Below, piece by piece: positions 38,930-52,508 of a stretch of DNA of 64,000 bases (its first letter is position 1; each line of letters opens with the position of its first letter). Position numbers and translations under genes: made by a program. A model generated the notes under the pieces. The model was given only the letters and a program-made list of their open reading frames with translations, was not told the DNA's origin and searched no databases. The DNA comes from an uncultured delta proteobacterium (GTDB lineage: Bacteria; Myxococcota_A; Polyangia; Polyangiales; Polyangiaceae): assembly GCA_963850305.1 (NCBI GenBank), contig CAWKKR010000008.1, forward strand, positions 1,120,001 to 1,184,000, given 5' to 3'.

Positions 38930-40804
38930 TGACGTTCCTTGGCCTTTCGCCTGCCGCCCTCGCTGTCATTGGCGCAGCCGCCGGCGCGGCGACCGTCGCG
39001 CTCTACGTGCTCAAACTGCGACGGCGCCCCATCGCAGTACCGTTTTCGCCGATCTGGCAAAGAGTGCTCCGCGACAAGGACGCGTCGCAGCTCTTTTCGC
39101 GGCTCAAGAACCTGCTCTCGTTACTCCTCCAGCTCGCGCTGCTCGCCCTGCTCGTCTTCGCCCTCGGCGATCCGCGAAGCGTGGCGTCCGCGAGCGAGGG
39201 ACGAAGCGTCGTGGTTCTCGTCGACACGAGCGCATCCATGCAAGCGATCGACGTGACGCCGACGAGACTCGACGTCGCGAAGAACAAGGTGATGACGCTC
39301 GTGCGGGGCCTCGGCGTAAGCGACCGAATGCTCATCGCAAAAATGGACGCATCGACGGTTCCGCTCACGACGATGACGGGGGACCCGACGGAGCTTGCGA
39401 ACGGGGTAAGGAGACTCGCCGCGACGGACACGCGCGCCGACCTCGGGCGCGCCATCGCCTTCGCCCGCGCTGTCCTCCGCGCCGAGAAGAATCCGGAGAT
39501 CGTGGTGGTCAGCGATGGCGCCCTCGGTTCGGGTACGGACGGACCCAGGGCAACGGCCGGCGTGCCGTTGCGGTACGTGCCCATCGGCGCTCGCGGCAAG
39601 AATGTCGCGATTACGGGGTTCTCGGTCCGTCGATATCCGCTCGATGCCTCTCGCTACGAGGTGCTCCTCGAGGTGACGAACACGAACGACGCGCCCTCGA
39701 ATGTCGAAGTCACGCTCCTGGGCGACGGCAACGTAGTCGATGTTTCGCGGCTCTCGCTCAAGCCAAATGAACGGCTACCGCGCGTATACGCCGACATCGG
39801 CGGTGCGAGCCGCACGCTCGAAGCGCGCATCCGCCTCGCCGACGGCGAGCGCGACGATCTACCCGCGGACGACCGCGCGTACGCGCTGATGCCCGAGAGA
39901 AAGCGCGCACGAGTGCTGGTCGTGTCTCGGGGCAACACGTATCTCGACGCGGCCCTGCTCCTCGACGAATACCTCGACGTGACGACCGTGGCTCCCGCGG
40001 CATATCGTCGAGAGGGAGCGTTCGACGTGACGATCTTCGACGGAGTCGCGCCGTCCCCACCCGCTCACGGCGGCGTCCTCTATCTGAACCCACCCCTCGA
40101 GGGCGCGCCGCTCAAAGTCGGTGCGCCCATCACGAACTTCGGCTTCGACACCTGGGATCGAAAGAATCCTCTGCTTCAGTTCATGGCCGTCGACAACGTG
40201 CAGGTTGCACGTGGGCACGCGCTCGTGCCCGATAAGATCCGATCGTGTCGTCGGCGCGAGCGAGCAAGGTCCCATCCTGGTCTCCGGAAGCCGCTCGGGA
40301 CGGCCTTTCGTGGCGCTCGGATTCGATCCGCGTGACAGCGATCTCGTGCTGAGACCGGCCTGGCCGTTATTCGTGCTCAACGTCATTCATTCGTTCGTGG
40401 AGGACGACTCCAGCTACCTATCGGCGTTTCGCACAGGGGAAGCGTGGCGGATTCCGGCGCCCAGCGACGCACACGTCGCGTGGATCCGTGACCCGACCGG
40501 TGCGCGTCACGAGGTGCCCGTCAAAGATGGCCGCGCCATGCTGTTCGGCGAACATGCGGGCATCTACGAATTGCGGGCGGGATCCGAGGACGCTCCGCCA
40601 ACGTTGTTTGCTGCGAACCTCACCGATCCGGAGGAGAGCCGGATCGAGCCCCAGAAGACCCTCGCCACCTTCGGTGATGAGGCCAAGCCGGTCACCGAGT
40701 TTCATGCTGGCGTGCGACGCGAGATCTGGATGGCGCTCCTCGGGCTAGCGATCCTTCTCTCGGTTGTCGAGTGGACCTCGTACCACCGGAGGATCACCGT
40801 TTGA
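38929..40804 (+). CDS. BatA + VWA domain membrane protein, +1 frameshift near 40237
   Basis: LYVLKLRRR..VPFS.IW (BatA), DTSASM MIDAS, VVSDG; continues as SDLVLRPAWPLF...LSVVEW..YHRR in the next frame. Confidence 0.85.
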
Positions 40805-43585
40805 GTCGGCGCGGCCGCACGCTTTCCTTGGGAGCCGCCAGGGACGGCCCTCTCGGTCGCAAGCGCATGGATCTTCTTGCGCTGGGTGAATCACACGCGC
40901 CCGGCGGCGTTCGAATGGACGCGGCACGGAGTGGTGTTCGCCCTCGGAGAGCCACGGGCGCTAGTCGTTCTCGCCGTCGTGCCGTTGCTCGCGTTTTCTC
41001 TGCTCCGATCGCTCGCGGATTTGCCATGGCAGCAACGCTGGGCGGCCCTCGCGCTGCGAACCGCCTTCCTCGCTGCACTCGGTCTGGCGCTCGCCCGGCC
41101 TGCGCGAACCGAGGAGACGCGAAAGGTCTGCACGGTTTTCCTGGTGGACGTGAGCGACTCCGTCTCGTCCGAGTCCCTGGAGGATGCGCGGAAAACAGTG
41201 AATGGAGCGCTCGCGGTACGGCCCGCGGGTGACCTCACGAAGATCGTCACGTTCGCGCGCACGCCCAGACTCGTCGAACTCGGCGATGCCAGAATCCTGC
41301 CGCAAGTTTCGGCGCTGCGACACGACGCCACCACCGTTTCCGCGAGCGACCTCGAGCGCGACGGCGCGGGCACCAACATCCAGGCTGCACTGAGCCTCTC
41401 CTATGGACTATTCCCGCCCGGCTACCTGAAGCGCATCGTCCTCCTCACCGATGGCGTCGAAACCGAGGGCAACGTGCTGGCGGAGGCGGATCGCGCGCGC
41501 GCCTTCGGCGTTCGCATCCATTCGGTCCCGCTCCGACGACCGCCGCCGCCGGAGGTTGCGATTCAGAACCTGCAGACGCCCGGCAAGGTACAAATCGGGG
41601 AGCCCTTCGAGCTGGTCGCAAACGTCTACGCGAGCCGTCCGACACATGCGCGTCTTCGTCTCTACCAGGGCGAGGTCCTGAACGGTCTCGGCGGCGTGAG
41701 GGAGGTCGATTCCACGCCCGGCTCGAACGAAATTCGCTTTCCGTCGGTCGTACGCGTCGGCGGCAAGGTCACGTACGCCCTCGACGTCGATCGATTCGCC
41801 GCAGACACCTTCCCGGCGAACAATCACTTCGTCGCCTCGGTCGATGTGCCCGGGCGCCCGTCGGTGCTTTACATCGAAGGCCAGCCGCAGCGCGGCAGCT
41901 ACCTGGCCAACGCCCTCGGAGCGCAGGAGTTCGACGTCGATCTCCGTGGGCCGACGGGCTTTCCGGGGTCGCTCGAAGAGCTCGAGCGTTACGATTTCTT
42001 CATCCTCTCGGACGTTCCCGAAGAACAGGTGAGCCTCTCTTCGCAGGCGCTCACGGAGCGGTACGTTCGGGATCTCGGCGGCGGATTCCTGTTTGCGGGA
42101 GGCAGCGCAGGCTTTGGGCTCGGAGGTTGGGCTCACTCGACGATCGAGCGCATCTTGCCCGTCCGAATGGACTCCGAGCGCCGCAAGGACATGCCGAGCG
42201 TCGCAATGACGCTTGTCATCGATCGTTCGGGGTCCATGACGGGCGTGCCGCTCGAGATGGCAAAGGCCGCCTGTCGGGCCACCGTCGGCACCCTCGAAGG
42301 AGACGATCTGATCGAAGTCGTCGCGTTCGATTCGACGCCCGTGCGCTACGTGAAGATGGGGCCGGCGAGGTATCGGAACAGGATCGAAGGGGACATCGCT
42401 CGCATTCAACCGGGCGGCGGCACCGAGATCTTTTCAGCGCTCGACATGGCGTATCAGGACATGACGGTCGTGCAAGCGCGGCGCAAGCACGTGATCCTGT
42501 TGACCGATGGGCGAGCGGATTCGCAGGGGCTGCGCGATCTCGTCCAGGCGATGGTCGCCGAATCGATCACCGTCACCACGGTCGGGCTCGGGGACGGTGC
42601 CGATGGTGACCTGCTCCGGAGCATCGCCGATGCCGGCGGAGGCCGGTACCATGCGGTGCCGGATCCGAACAGCCTCCCGCGGATCTTCACTCGGGAGACG
42701 GAGCTCGTCTCTCGCCAGGCCGCGGTCGACGACTGGTTTCCGGTCACCGAGACCAGCCCCGCGGACTTCTTGAAAGGCGTTTCGCTTCGTAGCGCGCCGT
42801 TTCTCCACGGCTACGTGGCGACCGAGATGAAGGAGCCGCCCGCGCAGCAGATCCTGGCGAGCGATAAGGGCGAGCCCATCCTGGCAAGGATGCGGGTGGG
42901 GCTCGGGTGGACGCTTGCATGGACGAGTGACGTCAAGAACGGGTGGGCCGCGGATTGGCTCAGATGGTCCGGATTCTCGAAGTTCTGGGGGCAGCTCGTG
43001 CGCGAACACATGCGAAAGCAGCACCGTCGCGAGCTCCCGATGCACGCAGGCGTCGAAGATGGTCGTGTGCGCGCGACCGTGGATGCCTTCACCGCAGACG
43101 AACGCTTCGACAACGGCCTCGTCAGTCGCCTCACGGTGACGGGGCCGGAACCGCACGGCAAGCGGCGTGAAGTGCCGATGCGGCAGATTGCGCCTGGTCG
43201 TTATGAAGCGGATTTTCCGCTGAATGGGTACGGCGCGTTTCTTCTCGAAGCGACGCACGCAAAGGCAGGGCCCGACGGACAGCTGCGTCCCGTCGGCGTG
43301 AGCTACGCGGAGGTATCGAACCCGTACCCGCGCGAGTACGCGACGCTCGAGCCGGATGTGGAAGGGCTCTCGCGACTGTCGCTTGCAACCGGTGGATCCG
43401 TGGACCCCGCGCCGCAGCTCGTCTTCGATCCCGGCAACGAGAAGATCGTGTACCGAGCTCCGGTGTGGAACCGCGCCGTGGGTGCTGCGGTGGTGCTGTT
43501 CCTGCTGGATCTTCTCGTGCGGCGCGTGCGTCTGTTCGACCGCAAGTTCGTCGGGGGGCGTCAGCGACGATCGCGATCGGTCTAG
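40801..43585 (+). CDS. Double-VWA / glutamine-amidotransferase-like membrane protein, probable +1 frameshift near 40840
   Basis: DVSDS and DRSGSM MIDAS motifs, YVRDLGGGFLFAGG; TTG 40801 overlaps the upstream TGA and joins ORF 40877 if one base is removed. Confidence 0.85.
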
Positions 43586-43711
43586 ATTTCGTGGTCGTGG
43601 ATTTCCCAACGTAAGCCGGAGAAACCATCCGCGCCCCTCGCGCATACCCGTGGTCCACGGCGTTTAGGCGGTTACAATCCGCCCGGCCACGAGTACACGT
43701 CGAGTAAAGTC

Positions 43712-45079
43712 ATGGGCGCATCCCCTCCGGAAGACGATCGGCCGATCACCAGGGACGACCTGGAACGCATCTTCGTGGAATCCGAGAAACCCGCCTCACG
43801 CTGGTTGATCGGCGGGGAGGCGGAAAAGTTCGGCGTCCATGGCACCACGGGAGCACCCCTCTCGTACGACGGCGCGTTCGGCGTGACTCGCATTTTCGAT
43901 GCTCTCGTCGCGGACCACGGCTGGCGTCCGGAATCCGAGGTCGACGGCGGCGCTGTGATCGCGCTTCTGCGCGGGCAAGCATCGATCACCCTCGAACCCG
44001 GCGCCCAGTTCGAGCTATCGGGGGCGCCCCATGAGGACGTGCACGCGGTGCAGCGAGAGATGCTCGACCATCTCGAGGAGTTGCGCGGCGTGTCTCGAAC
44101 GATGGGTCTCGTCTGGCTCGGCGTCGGGTTCCATCCGCTCGCCACGCAGAGCGTTCTGCCGTGGGTACCGAAGCATCGTTACGGCGTGATGAAGCGTTAC
44201 CTGCCGACGCGGGGCTCGCGCGGTCTCGACATGATGCGTCGCACCGCGACGGTGCAGGCAAATTTCGACTACTCGAGCGAGGAGGACGCGATGCTGAAGC
44301 TCGTCGTGCTTCTCAAGCTGTCCCCGATCATCCAGGCCATGACCGGAAATTCGCCGTTCGTGGAGGGTCGCGTCGGTCCAAATCGAAGCGAGCGAGGCAG
44401 CGTCTGGCTCGACATGGATCCGTCCCGGTCCGGCGTGATCCCTTCGCTCTGGTCGAAGAAGCAACCCCGCTATTCGGACTACGTCGAGTGGGCGCTGGAC
44501 GCCGGAATGTTTCTCTTCCGGCGCCAGGGGGAATTCGTCCACAACACTGGACAGACTTTTCGGAGTTTTCTCGCCGACGGATACCAGGGCCATCGCGCCA
44601 CCTTCGCCGACTGGGCCCTTCACCTGAACACGCTCTTCCCGGAAGGACGCCTGAAGCGAACGCTCGAGGCTCGCGCCTGCGATTGCCTGCCAGCGCGGCT
44701 CGCGGGGGCGGTTCCCGCCATCTTCACCGGCATTCTCTACGATTCCGTGAGCCTCGGCAGAGCCGCCGAGCTCGCGGGCGCGATTGATCACGACGATCTC
44801 GCGCGCGCTCGGCCGAGTCTCGTTCGGCTCGGCCTTCGCGCGTCGATCGGGCCGGTTGCCGTCCAGGACCTCGCAGAACGGATCATCGACCTGGCGATGG
44901 ACGGGCTCGCGCGGCGCGCTCGTCTGGACGAACACGGAAGAGACGAACGCATCCACCTCGACGCCCTTGCCGCGCTCGTGAGAGCCGGCACGTCTCCCGC
45001 GGACGCAATCGTGGGAGACCTGGCGCCGGGGCAAGCCGTCTCGATCTCCGAGATCGTTGCGCGCTGCCGCATCGACTAG
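43712..45079 (+). CDS. gshA: Glutamate-cysteine ligase (GCS2, plant/alphaproteobacterial type)
   Basis: IGGEAEKF, ITLEPGAQFELSGAP, PKHRY, GLDMMRRTATVQANFDYSSE, HLNTLFPEGRLK. Confidence 0.92.
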   Translation: MGASPPEDDRPITRDDLERIFVESEKPASRWLIGGEAEKFGVHGTTGAPLSYDGAFGVTRIFDALVADHGWRPESEVDGGAVIALLRGQASITLEPGAQFELSGAPHEDVHAVQREMLDHLEELRGVSRTMGLVWLGVGFHPLATQSVLPWVPKHRYGVMKRYLPTRGSRGLDMMRRTATVQANFDYSSEEDAMLKLVVLLKLSPIIQAMTGNSPFVEGRVGPNRSERGSVWLDMDPSRSGVIPSLWSKKQPRYSDYVEWALDAGMFLFRRQGEFVHNTGQTFRSFLADGYQGHRATFADWALHLNTLFPEGRLKRTLEARACDCLPARLAGAVPAIFTGILYDSVSLGRAAELAGAIDHDDLARARPSLVRLGLRASIGPVAVQDLAERIIDLAMDGLARRARLDEHGRDERIHLDALAALVRAGTSPADAIVGDLAPGQAVSISEIVARCRID

Positions 45080-45330
45080 ACCCAGAACCCTGGCGATCTC
45101 CTGGGTCAGTCGCCGTACCAGGGTCATTCAGAGGGGTTTGTTGGCGCGAATTTCGAAGCGTCGCGAACACGCTGCCGGCCGATCTTCCGCCCGAGGACGG
45201 ACGAAAATACCTTTCGCGGTCGAGTATTTCCGGGAGCGATTGGCCGGGCGCAATTCTTTAGTGTACGAATATTCTCTACCAGAAAGAGTCGGCACCCGAT
45301 GGTCGGCTCGGAAAGAATCGAGTTCCCCCC

Positions 45331-46500
45331 ATGTGGCAACCGTTCACCGAGGAGCACGACCACTTCAGGCAAAACGTCCGGAAGTTCGTAGAGACGGAGC
45401 TGTACCCCTTCGCCGATGAATGGGAGAAGGCCTGCGACTTCCCGAACCACGTCTTCAAGAGGGCCGGCGAACTCGGGATCCTGGGTGCGCACTACAAGGA
45501 GGTCCACGGCGGTGCCGGCGGGGACTACTGGTTCAGCGTCGCGAAGGCGGAAGAGCTGCCGCGCAGTGCGTCCGCGGGCGTCAACATGGCGCTTCTGGTC
45601 CAGAGCGACATGGCAACACCGGTGATCGCGGACCTCGGCACTCCTGAGCAGATCGATGAATTTCTGAAGCCGGCGTTACGCGGCGACAAGATCGCGTCGC
45701 TCGGGGTTTCGGAGCCCGGCGCCGGTAGCGACGTGGCGGGCATTCGAACCTACGCACGCCGAGACGGCGACGACTTCGTCATCAACGGACAGAAGACCTT
45801 CATCACGAACGGGGCACGCGCCGACTTCGTCACGCTGCTCGCGAAGACGGAGCTCAACGCGGGCGCTCACGGCTGCTCGTTCTTCCTCTTGCCGACGCGA
45901 ACGAAGGGATTCTCGGTCGCGAGACGTCTCTCCAAGATCGGCAATCACGCGTCGGACACCGCCGAACTGTTCCTCGAGGACGTGCGGATCCCCGCGCGGT
46001 ACATGCTCGGAGAAGCGAACATGGGCTTCATGTACCTGATGCAGAATTTCCAGACCGAGCGACTGATTGCCGCAGCCGGCGCGATCGCCGGTTCCGAGCG
46101 CGCGCTGGAGCTGTCTCGTAACTATGGCGAACAGCGTCAGGCATTCGGCAAACCGATCATCAAGCGGGAATACTGGCAGCACAAGTTCGTGGACATGTAC
46201 ACGAAGGTCGAGATGGGAAAAGCCTTCGTCTACAAGGTCGTCGACGCCTACAACGACGAGAAATACGTGAAGAACCAGCCGCTCTCGATGGAGACCGTGA
46301 AGCTCATCAGCATGGCAAAGGTTGCCGTGGGCGACATTCTCTCGGAGGTGATGGACACCTGCCTCCAGTTTCACGGCGGGTGGGGTTACATCGAAGACTT
46401 CCACATCGCGCGCGCCTGGCGCGACGCGCGGCTCCTCCGCATCGGTGGCGGCACGACCGAGACGATGCGGTACTACATCGCCAAACTGATGGGGATGTGA
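45331..46500 (+). CDS. Acyl-CoA dehydrogenase
   Basis: SEPGAGSDVA, NGQKTFITNG, RQAFGKPI, QFHGGWGY, IGGGTTE. Confidence 0.95.
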   Translation: MWQPFTEEHDHFRQNVRKFVETELYPFADEWEKACDFPNHVFKRAGELGILGAHYKEVHGGAGGDYWFSVAKAEELPRSASAGVNMALLVQSDMATPVIADLGTPEQIDEFLKPALRGDKIASLGVSEPGAGSDVAGIRTYARRDGDDFVINGQKTFITNGARADFVTLLAKTELNAGAHGCSFFLLPTRTKGFSVARRLSKIGNHASDTAELFLEDVRIPARYMLGEANMGFMYLMQNFQTERLIAAAGAIAGSERALELSRNYGEQRQAFGKPIIKREYWQHKFVDMYTKVEMGKAFVYKVVDAYNDEKYVKNQPLSMETVKLISMAKVAVGDILSEVMDTCLQFHGGWGYIEDFHIARAWRDARLLRIGGGTTETMRYYIAKLMGM

Positions 46501-46524
46501 GCCGACGGGGACGCGCGTGCCATT

Positions 46525-47130
46525 TCAATGGACGAGGCCCTTGCCCCGCGCCGGTACGGCGCCGACGTGGAGAAGCGCCTTGGCGAGCGCGTGCGACCCC
46601 CGCCGGGTCCACCGCTCGTACAGATCGAGGACGCCACGGGGGTCGCGCGCACCCGTCGCAAAAAGGGCGTCGGCCACGTCGGAGAGCACCTGAGCGAGTT
46701 CATCGAAGTGAGTCGCGAGTTCATCGAACACGTCGGGACCGCGCGTCTGACCGCCCGTGCCACGAATCAGCGCGCCAGCTCTGTCGTAGGCGGCGGCGCC
46801 GACGCTTCGCACGAAGCTCCTTGGCGCACCGTTTCTCTCGAGGTGGTCGGCGAAGAAGCCGCTCAGATAAAGGACGTGGTCTCCGAGCTCGCGAAGCCGC
46901 TGGAACCGCGCGCCGCCGTTCGTCTCGAGGGCCTCGGCGAGCAGAAGCGTCAAGGGCCGATCCAGCGCGTGCCGCCGTATGGCTTCGGGTCGAGCGTAGT
47001 CCGTTAGAACACCCGCCACGTAGCGCGTGCTCGGCGCGTCCGGGTCGTAGCCCCGAGCTTCAGCGGCGGTACGGACGGCGACATCGAAGAACGACGCGAC
47101 GTTGGCTTCCGGCTCGATCAAGGAGTCCAC
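46525..47130 (-). CDS. Conserved-looking hypothetical protein
   Basis: LRELGDHVLYLSGFF...G..AY...VFDELA..F...LYERW pattern. Confidence 0.8.
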   Translation of the reverse strand: MDSLIEPEANVASFFDVAVRTAAEARGYDPDAPSTRYVAGVLTDYARPEAIRRHALDRPLTLLLAEALETNGGARFQRLRELGDHVLYLSGFFADHLERNGAPRSFVRSVGAAAYDRAGALIRGTGGQTRGPDVFDELATHFDELAQVLSDVADALFATGARDPRGVLDLYERWTRRGSHALAKALLHVGAVPARGKGLVH

Positions 47131-47281
47131 TTCACGAAGTATTCATCACCCTCGTTTCATCTACCCAATCGATGCCCACCACGACGGGCGTTTCTCAGCG
47201 CTCGACCGTGGCGGCTGCCAGGTCATCTGAACGAAACCATGAACAGTCGTTCAAGCGGGCCGGGTGGCGCGGCGACGCCTC

Positions 47282-47309
47282 TTGACACCCGGCTCGCGAT
47301 GTCTATTTT
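47282..47309 (+). promoter_or_regulatory. Sigma-70-type promoter of groESL
   Basis: TTGACA-N16-TATTTT directly upstream of the CIRCE element. Confidence 0.65.
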
Positions 47310-47319
47310 CTGGCGCCTG

Positions 47320-47346
47320 CTAGCACTTGCTCGGCGTGAGTGCTAA
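47320..47346. promoter_or_regulatory. CIRCE element (HrcA operator)
   Basis: CTAGCACTT-N9-GAGTGCTAA vs consensus TTAGCACTC-N9-GAGTGCTAA. Confidence 0.9.
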
Positions 47347-47490
47347 TTCTACAAACTCAAGGAATAACACGGAGTTGAGGAGTACCGAGTCGCTCGACTC
47401 GGCCTCGATTGTGTGTGCCGGCAACTTCCCCCGCGCGGCTCTACCGAGCGCAACGGGAACAGGACCGACAAACGAAAGGGAGCGAGGCTC

Positions 47491-47781
47491 ATGAAAATCC
47501 GACCGCTGCAGGACCGCGTGCTCGTGAAGCGCGTGGAAGAGGAGCAGAAAACCAAGGGCGGGATCATCATCCCCGACACGGCGAAGGAGAAGCCCATCGA
47601 GGGTGAAGTCATCGCCGTTGGAAACGGGAAGGTGCTCGAGGACGGCAAGGTCCGTGCGCTCGACATCAAGAAGGGTGATCGGATCCTCTTCGGCAAGTAC
47701 GCCGGCACCGAGGTGAAGATCGAAAACGTCGAACACCTGATTTTGCGCGAGGAAGACATCCTCGGCGTCATTGAGAAGTGA
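47491..47781 (+). CDS. groES: Co-chaperonin GroES
   Basis: [14 protein letters not shown]...[16 protein letters not shown]. Confidence 0.98.
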   Translation: MKIRPLQDRVLVKRVEEEQKTKGGIIIPDTAKEKPIEGEVIAVGNGKVLEDGKVRALDIKKGDRILFGKYAGTEVKIENVEHLILREEDILGVIEK

Positions 47782-47789
47782 GGGCATGA

Positions 47790-49418
<1,629 letters not shown>

Positions 49419-49440
49419 CGCTGACGGTTCGACGTCGACG

Positions 49441-49478
49441 GAGGCCGGTCCCGCGAAGGGACCGGCCTCTTTGCTTTC
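49441..49478 (+). terminator. Intrinsic terminator after groEL
   Basis: 12-bp stem GAGGCCGGTCCC-gcgaa-GGGACCGGCCTC followed by tttgcttt. Confidence 0.9.
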
Positions 49479-49576
49479 GAAAGTCGTTCAACGATTGGAA
49501 GCGGCGAGCCGACGGTCGACGAACGACTTCGCTCGCTCTAAAAGCTTTCTCTAGAGCTTTCTTGGTGAGTTCCGTC

Positions 49577-50053
49577 ATGAAGAAGAGCGTCGCCGGCATG
49601 GCGACAGCATGGATAATCGGGTGCTCGTCGCCGTCGGCCCGGACGAATGCTTGTCCGCGCCCCGTGCCGGCGTTTCGCGTCGAGGTGACCGCCGCGAACG
49701 ACGGGCTCCCGCCCGACACGACGATGACCGTTCTCTACGGGGGAAACCAGAGCGGCACGTATTCGATCGCGACAGGCACGAGCACGAGCGGGGACATTTG
49801 CTGCCACACGGGCACCCCCGTTTCCGGAGCGCTGCCACCCGTCGTCTGCGGATCGGAAGCACCGACCGACGGCGGCGATGCGCGCGCCCTCTTGTGCGAA
49901 CTCTGGACGAACGGCGTCGCCGAAGTGAAGATTACCGCTGCTGGCTACTCCCCCTTCGACGATGTTCTCCCGGCGGAGGTCACGGATCCGAGTTGCGGCG
50001 TTACCACTCTCGATGAACGACTCGTCTTAACCCACGGTGACGGGGGACTCTGA
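49577..50053 (+). CDS. Hypothetical Cys-containing lipoprotein
   Basis: MKKSVAGMATAWIIGC lipobox-like start. Confidence 0.65.
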   Translation: MKKSVAGMATAWIIGCSSPSARTNACPRPVPAFRVEVTAANDGLPPDTTMTVLYGGNQSGTYSIATGTSTSGDICCHTGTPVSGALPPVVCGSEAPTDGGDARALLCELWTNGVAEVKITAAGYSPFDDVLPAEVTDPSCGVTTLDERLVLTHGDGGL

Positions 50054-50056
50054 TCG

Positions 50057-50722
50057 TCAGCGCGTCGGATCGTGGTCCACCGTGGTGGTGACGGAATCCG
50101 TCGTGACCGAGCCGCCCGTCACGTCGACGCGCGGACCGAAGCTTTTCAGGACGGCAGTTTCGCGTTCCTGTCCGTCCGTCGTGGCCCCCACGACATCGAT
50201 CGAGACAAGGCCGACGTGGGGACAATAGACGGACGTCACGGACTTCGTCGACGTCGTGTCCTGCGTTTCTTCGATCGTACGTACGCACCCCTCGAAGCGT
50301 CCGGCGGGTACGGACTCGCTCTCGTCTACCGCTGCAACGTGCACCCTGCCGGCTCGTCCGGGCCACGAGCTACCGAGCGTGAACGGCGGTTTGAGCAGAT
50401 ACCCTCCCTCCTCGTAGGCAATCCCGACGGGGTCGAGCAGCAATCGCTCGGTGCGCGCGCCCGTTCGAAGATCGACGCGTCCCGGGCGAGGTCGCGAGAT
50501 CTGGACGATCAGGATTCCCGTCGTTCCCTCGGACGAACGGGTGTCGTACGAGAAGACCGTGCCGTCCTCGAGCGGCAAGTACTTCGTCACATCGGTCTCA
50601 ACCTCTGCTTCCGTCAATTTCGGCGCCTTGGAGGGGAGCGCTGAGTGGGTCGCGCAGCTCGCGGTCGTCATCGTGACCAAGGAAGCGAACCACCATCTCG
50701 ACGTCGATCGCACTTTCGTCAT
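50057..50722 (-). CDS. Hypothetical lipoprotein
   Basis: Lipobox TASC; YLPLEDG..FSY; SVPAGRFEGCV; YCPHVGLV. Confidence 0.75.
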   Translation of the reverse strand: MTKVRSTSRWWFASLVTMTTASCATHSALPSKAPKLTEAEVETDVTKYLPLEDGTVFSYDTRSSEGTTGILIVQISRPRPGRVDLRTGARTERLLLDPVGIAYEEGGYLLKPPFTLGSSWPGRAGRVHVAAVDESESVPAGRFEGCVRTIEETQDTTSTKSVTSVYCPHVGLVSIDVVGATTDGQERETAVLKSFGPRVDVTGGSVTTDSVTTTVDHDPTR

Positions 50723-51084
50723 CGAGCTTGAGCCCCGTACACCCACACTATGAGAAACACGAGAAGCAGCGCCGCGATGACGAGCAGATATTTCGCGACG
50801 GGATCCGGATCGATCCGGCGCCGCAAATCGAGCGCAGCATCTCGAACGGCAGGGTCTGCCGCAGCCGCCGCGACCTTTTCCGCCTCACGACGGATGAACG
50901 CGTAATTGCCGGATTCGAACGCCGAAATGAGTTCCTCGAGCGCAGGATCCTCGGGAAAGTCGAGAAGGAACACAGGGCGCTCCATGCCGTCGGCGTCGAG
51001 CGCTGGCCTGCGGTGTGCCCACGGTGCTGGAGGCCCGGAGTGCTCCGCAGGTGCGCTCTCCTTTTCCATGTCTTCGGCGTCCAT
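50719..51084 (-). CDS. Hypothetical protein with C-terminal TM helix
   Basis: Overlapping start/stop codons with both neighbours. Confidence 0.7.
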   Translation of the reverse strand: MDAEDMEKESAPAEHSGPPAPWAHRRPALDADGMERPVFLLDFPEDPALEELISAFESGNYAFIRREAEKVAAAAADPAVRDAALDLRRRIDPDPVAKYLLVIAALLLVFLIVWVYGAQAR

Positions 51085-52508
51085 CAGAACTGAAAGTATA
51101 CGAAGGGTACGGCGTCGGCGCTCTCCATTTGCCGGATTGCGACGGCAGCCAGAAAAAGCATCGAGCCCTGCGCCAGGACGGGAAGTCTGACGAAGCTGTC
51201 TCTCGCAGCCTCGTACCAGCGTTCCGGGACGAAGTGGGAGCCGAGGCCCAGCATCAGGACCGCCACCACCGAGATCGGTAGATTCGGATGGAAGGTGGTG
51301 AGCGTCGCGAGCTGGGCGAAGATCCGGCGAGCGGCGCGGAAGGTGTCTGCACGAAAGAAAATCCAGCAGACGCAAACGAACTGGAACGTGACGAACGTGC
51401 CCACGACCCGGCGAAAGCCGCCCGCGTTCCGAGGTTCTCCACGGCGCTCGCGTGCCCTCTCGCGAGCGCGCGTGACGGCGAGCGCCGATCCGTGCAGCCC
51501 GCCCCACGCGACAAACGTCCAGTTCGCGCCGTGCCAAAGTCCGCCGAGCAACATCGTCAGCATCAAGTTGATGGCCGTACGCACTTCACCCTTACGGCTT
51601 CCCCCCAGGGGAATATAGAGATAGTCGCGAAGCCACGTGGAGAGCGAAATGTGCCAGCGTCGCCAGAAGTCCTGGATGCTCGCGGCCTTGTACGGGGAAT
51701 TGAAGTTCTTCGGGAGGCGAATCCCGAGCAGCTGCGCCGAACCGATCGCGATGTCCGTGTAACCCGAAAAATCGCAATAAATCTGGACGGCGTACCCGAT
51801 GACGGCGGCGTAGCACTCGAGAGAAGAAAACTGTGCAGGCGCGTCGAACACCCGGTCGACGAGGTTCACCGACAGGTAGTCGCTGATGGCGATCTTCTTG
51901 AAGAGGCCGAGCGCGACCAGGAACAAGGCGCGACTCGAGGCAGCCTCGTCCCATCTGGCGGGCGCAGCGAGCTGGGGCAACAAGTCGCGCGGACGAACGA
52001 TGGGTCCCGCCACGAGGTGTGGAAAGAATGCGACGAAAGTCAAATACTCCAGGTAACTCGGATGTGGTTCGATGTCGCGCCGGTAGACGTCGATCACGTA
52101 ACTCATGGACTCGAACGTGAAGAAGCTGACGCCCACGGGCAGGGCGATCCGCAGCGCGAGATCCGGAGGATGAAATCCGAGGTTCGAGAGAATCGTCCGC
52201 GCATTGTCGATCCCGAAGCCGAGGTACTTGAAGACGGCGAGCACGCCGAGATTCAGGACGACAGTGACCGCGAGCCATCTCTGCCGCGCACGCGAGTTCG
52301 CGCTCCTGGCGATCGCGTGGCCGAGCAGCCAGTCGATGGTCGAAGACCCGAAAATGAGGGGCAGAAAACGGAGGTTCCACTGAGCATAAAATACGTAACT
52401 GGCCGCCAGGAGAAACCCGATTCGCAGACGTCGAGTGCGCACCAGGAGCCACGAGATCGCGAAGACCGCAGCGAAGAATTCGGCATAGGCGAGTGTGTTG
52501 AAGAGCAC
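51084..52508 (-). CDS. MBOAT O-acyltransferase (AlgI/PatA type)
   Basis: LPVGVSFFTFESMSY, FFPHLVAGPIVR, YCDFSGYTDIAIG, FWRRWHISLSTWLRDYLYIPLGG, GLWHGA. Confidence 0.95.
   Translation of the reverse strand: MLFNTLAYAEFFAAVFAISWLLVRTRRLRIGFLLAASYVFYAQWNLRFLPLIFGSSTIDWLLGHAIARSANSRARQRWLAVTVVLNLGVLAVFKYLGFGIDNARTILSNLGFHPPDLALRIALPVGVSFFTFESMSYVIDVYRRDIEPHPSYLEYLTFVAFFPHLVAGPIVRPRDLLPQLAAPARWDEAASSRALFLVALGLFKKIAISDYLSVNLVDRVFDAPAQFSSLECYAAVIGYAVQIYCDFSGYTDIAIGSAQLLGIRLPKNFNSPYKAASIQDFWRRWHISLSTWLRDYLYIPLGGSRKGEVRTAINLMLTMLLGGLWHGANWTFVAWGGLHGSALAVTRARERARERRGEPRNAGGFRRVVGTFVTFQFVCVCWIFFRADTFRAARRIFAQLATLTTFHPNLPISVVAVLMLGLGSHFVPERWYEAARDSFVRLPVLAQGSMLFLAAVAIRQMESADAVPFVYFQF

Noticed and set aside
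37987..40335. Apparent 782-aa DUF58-BatA/VWA fusion
   Set aside because: One extra T in ggatttcctgcgctgatg hides a TGATG stop/start overlap; two ordinary genes explain it better
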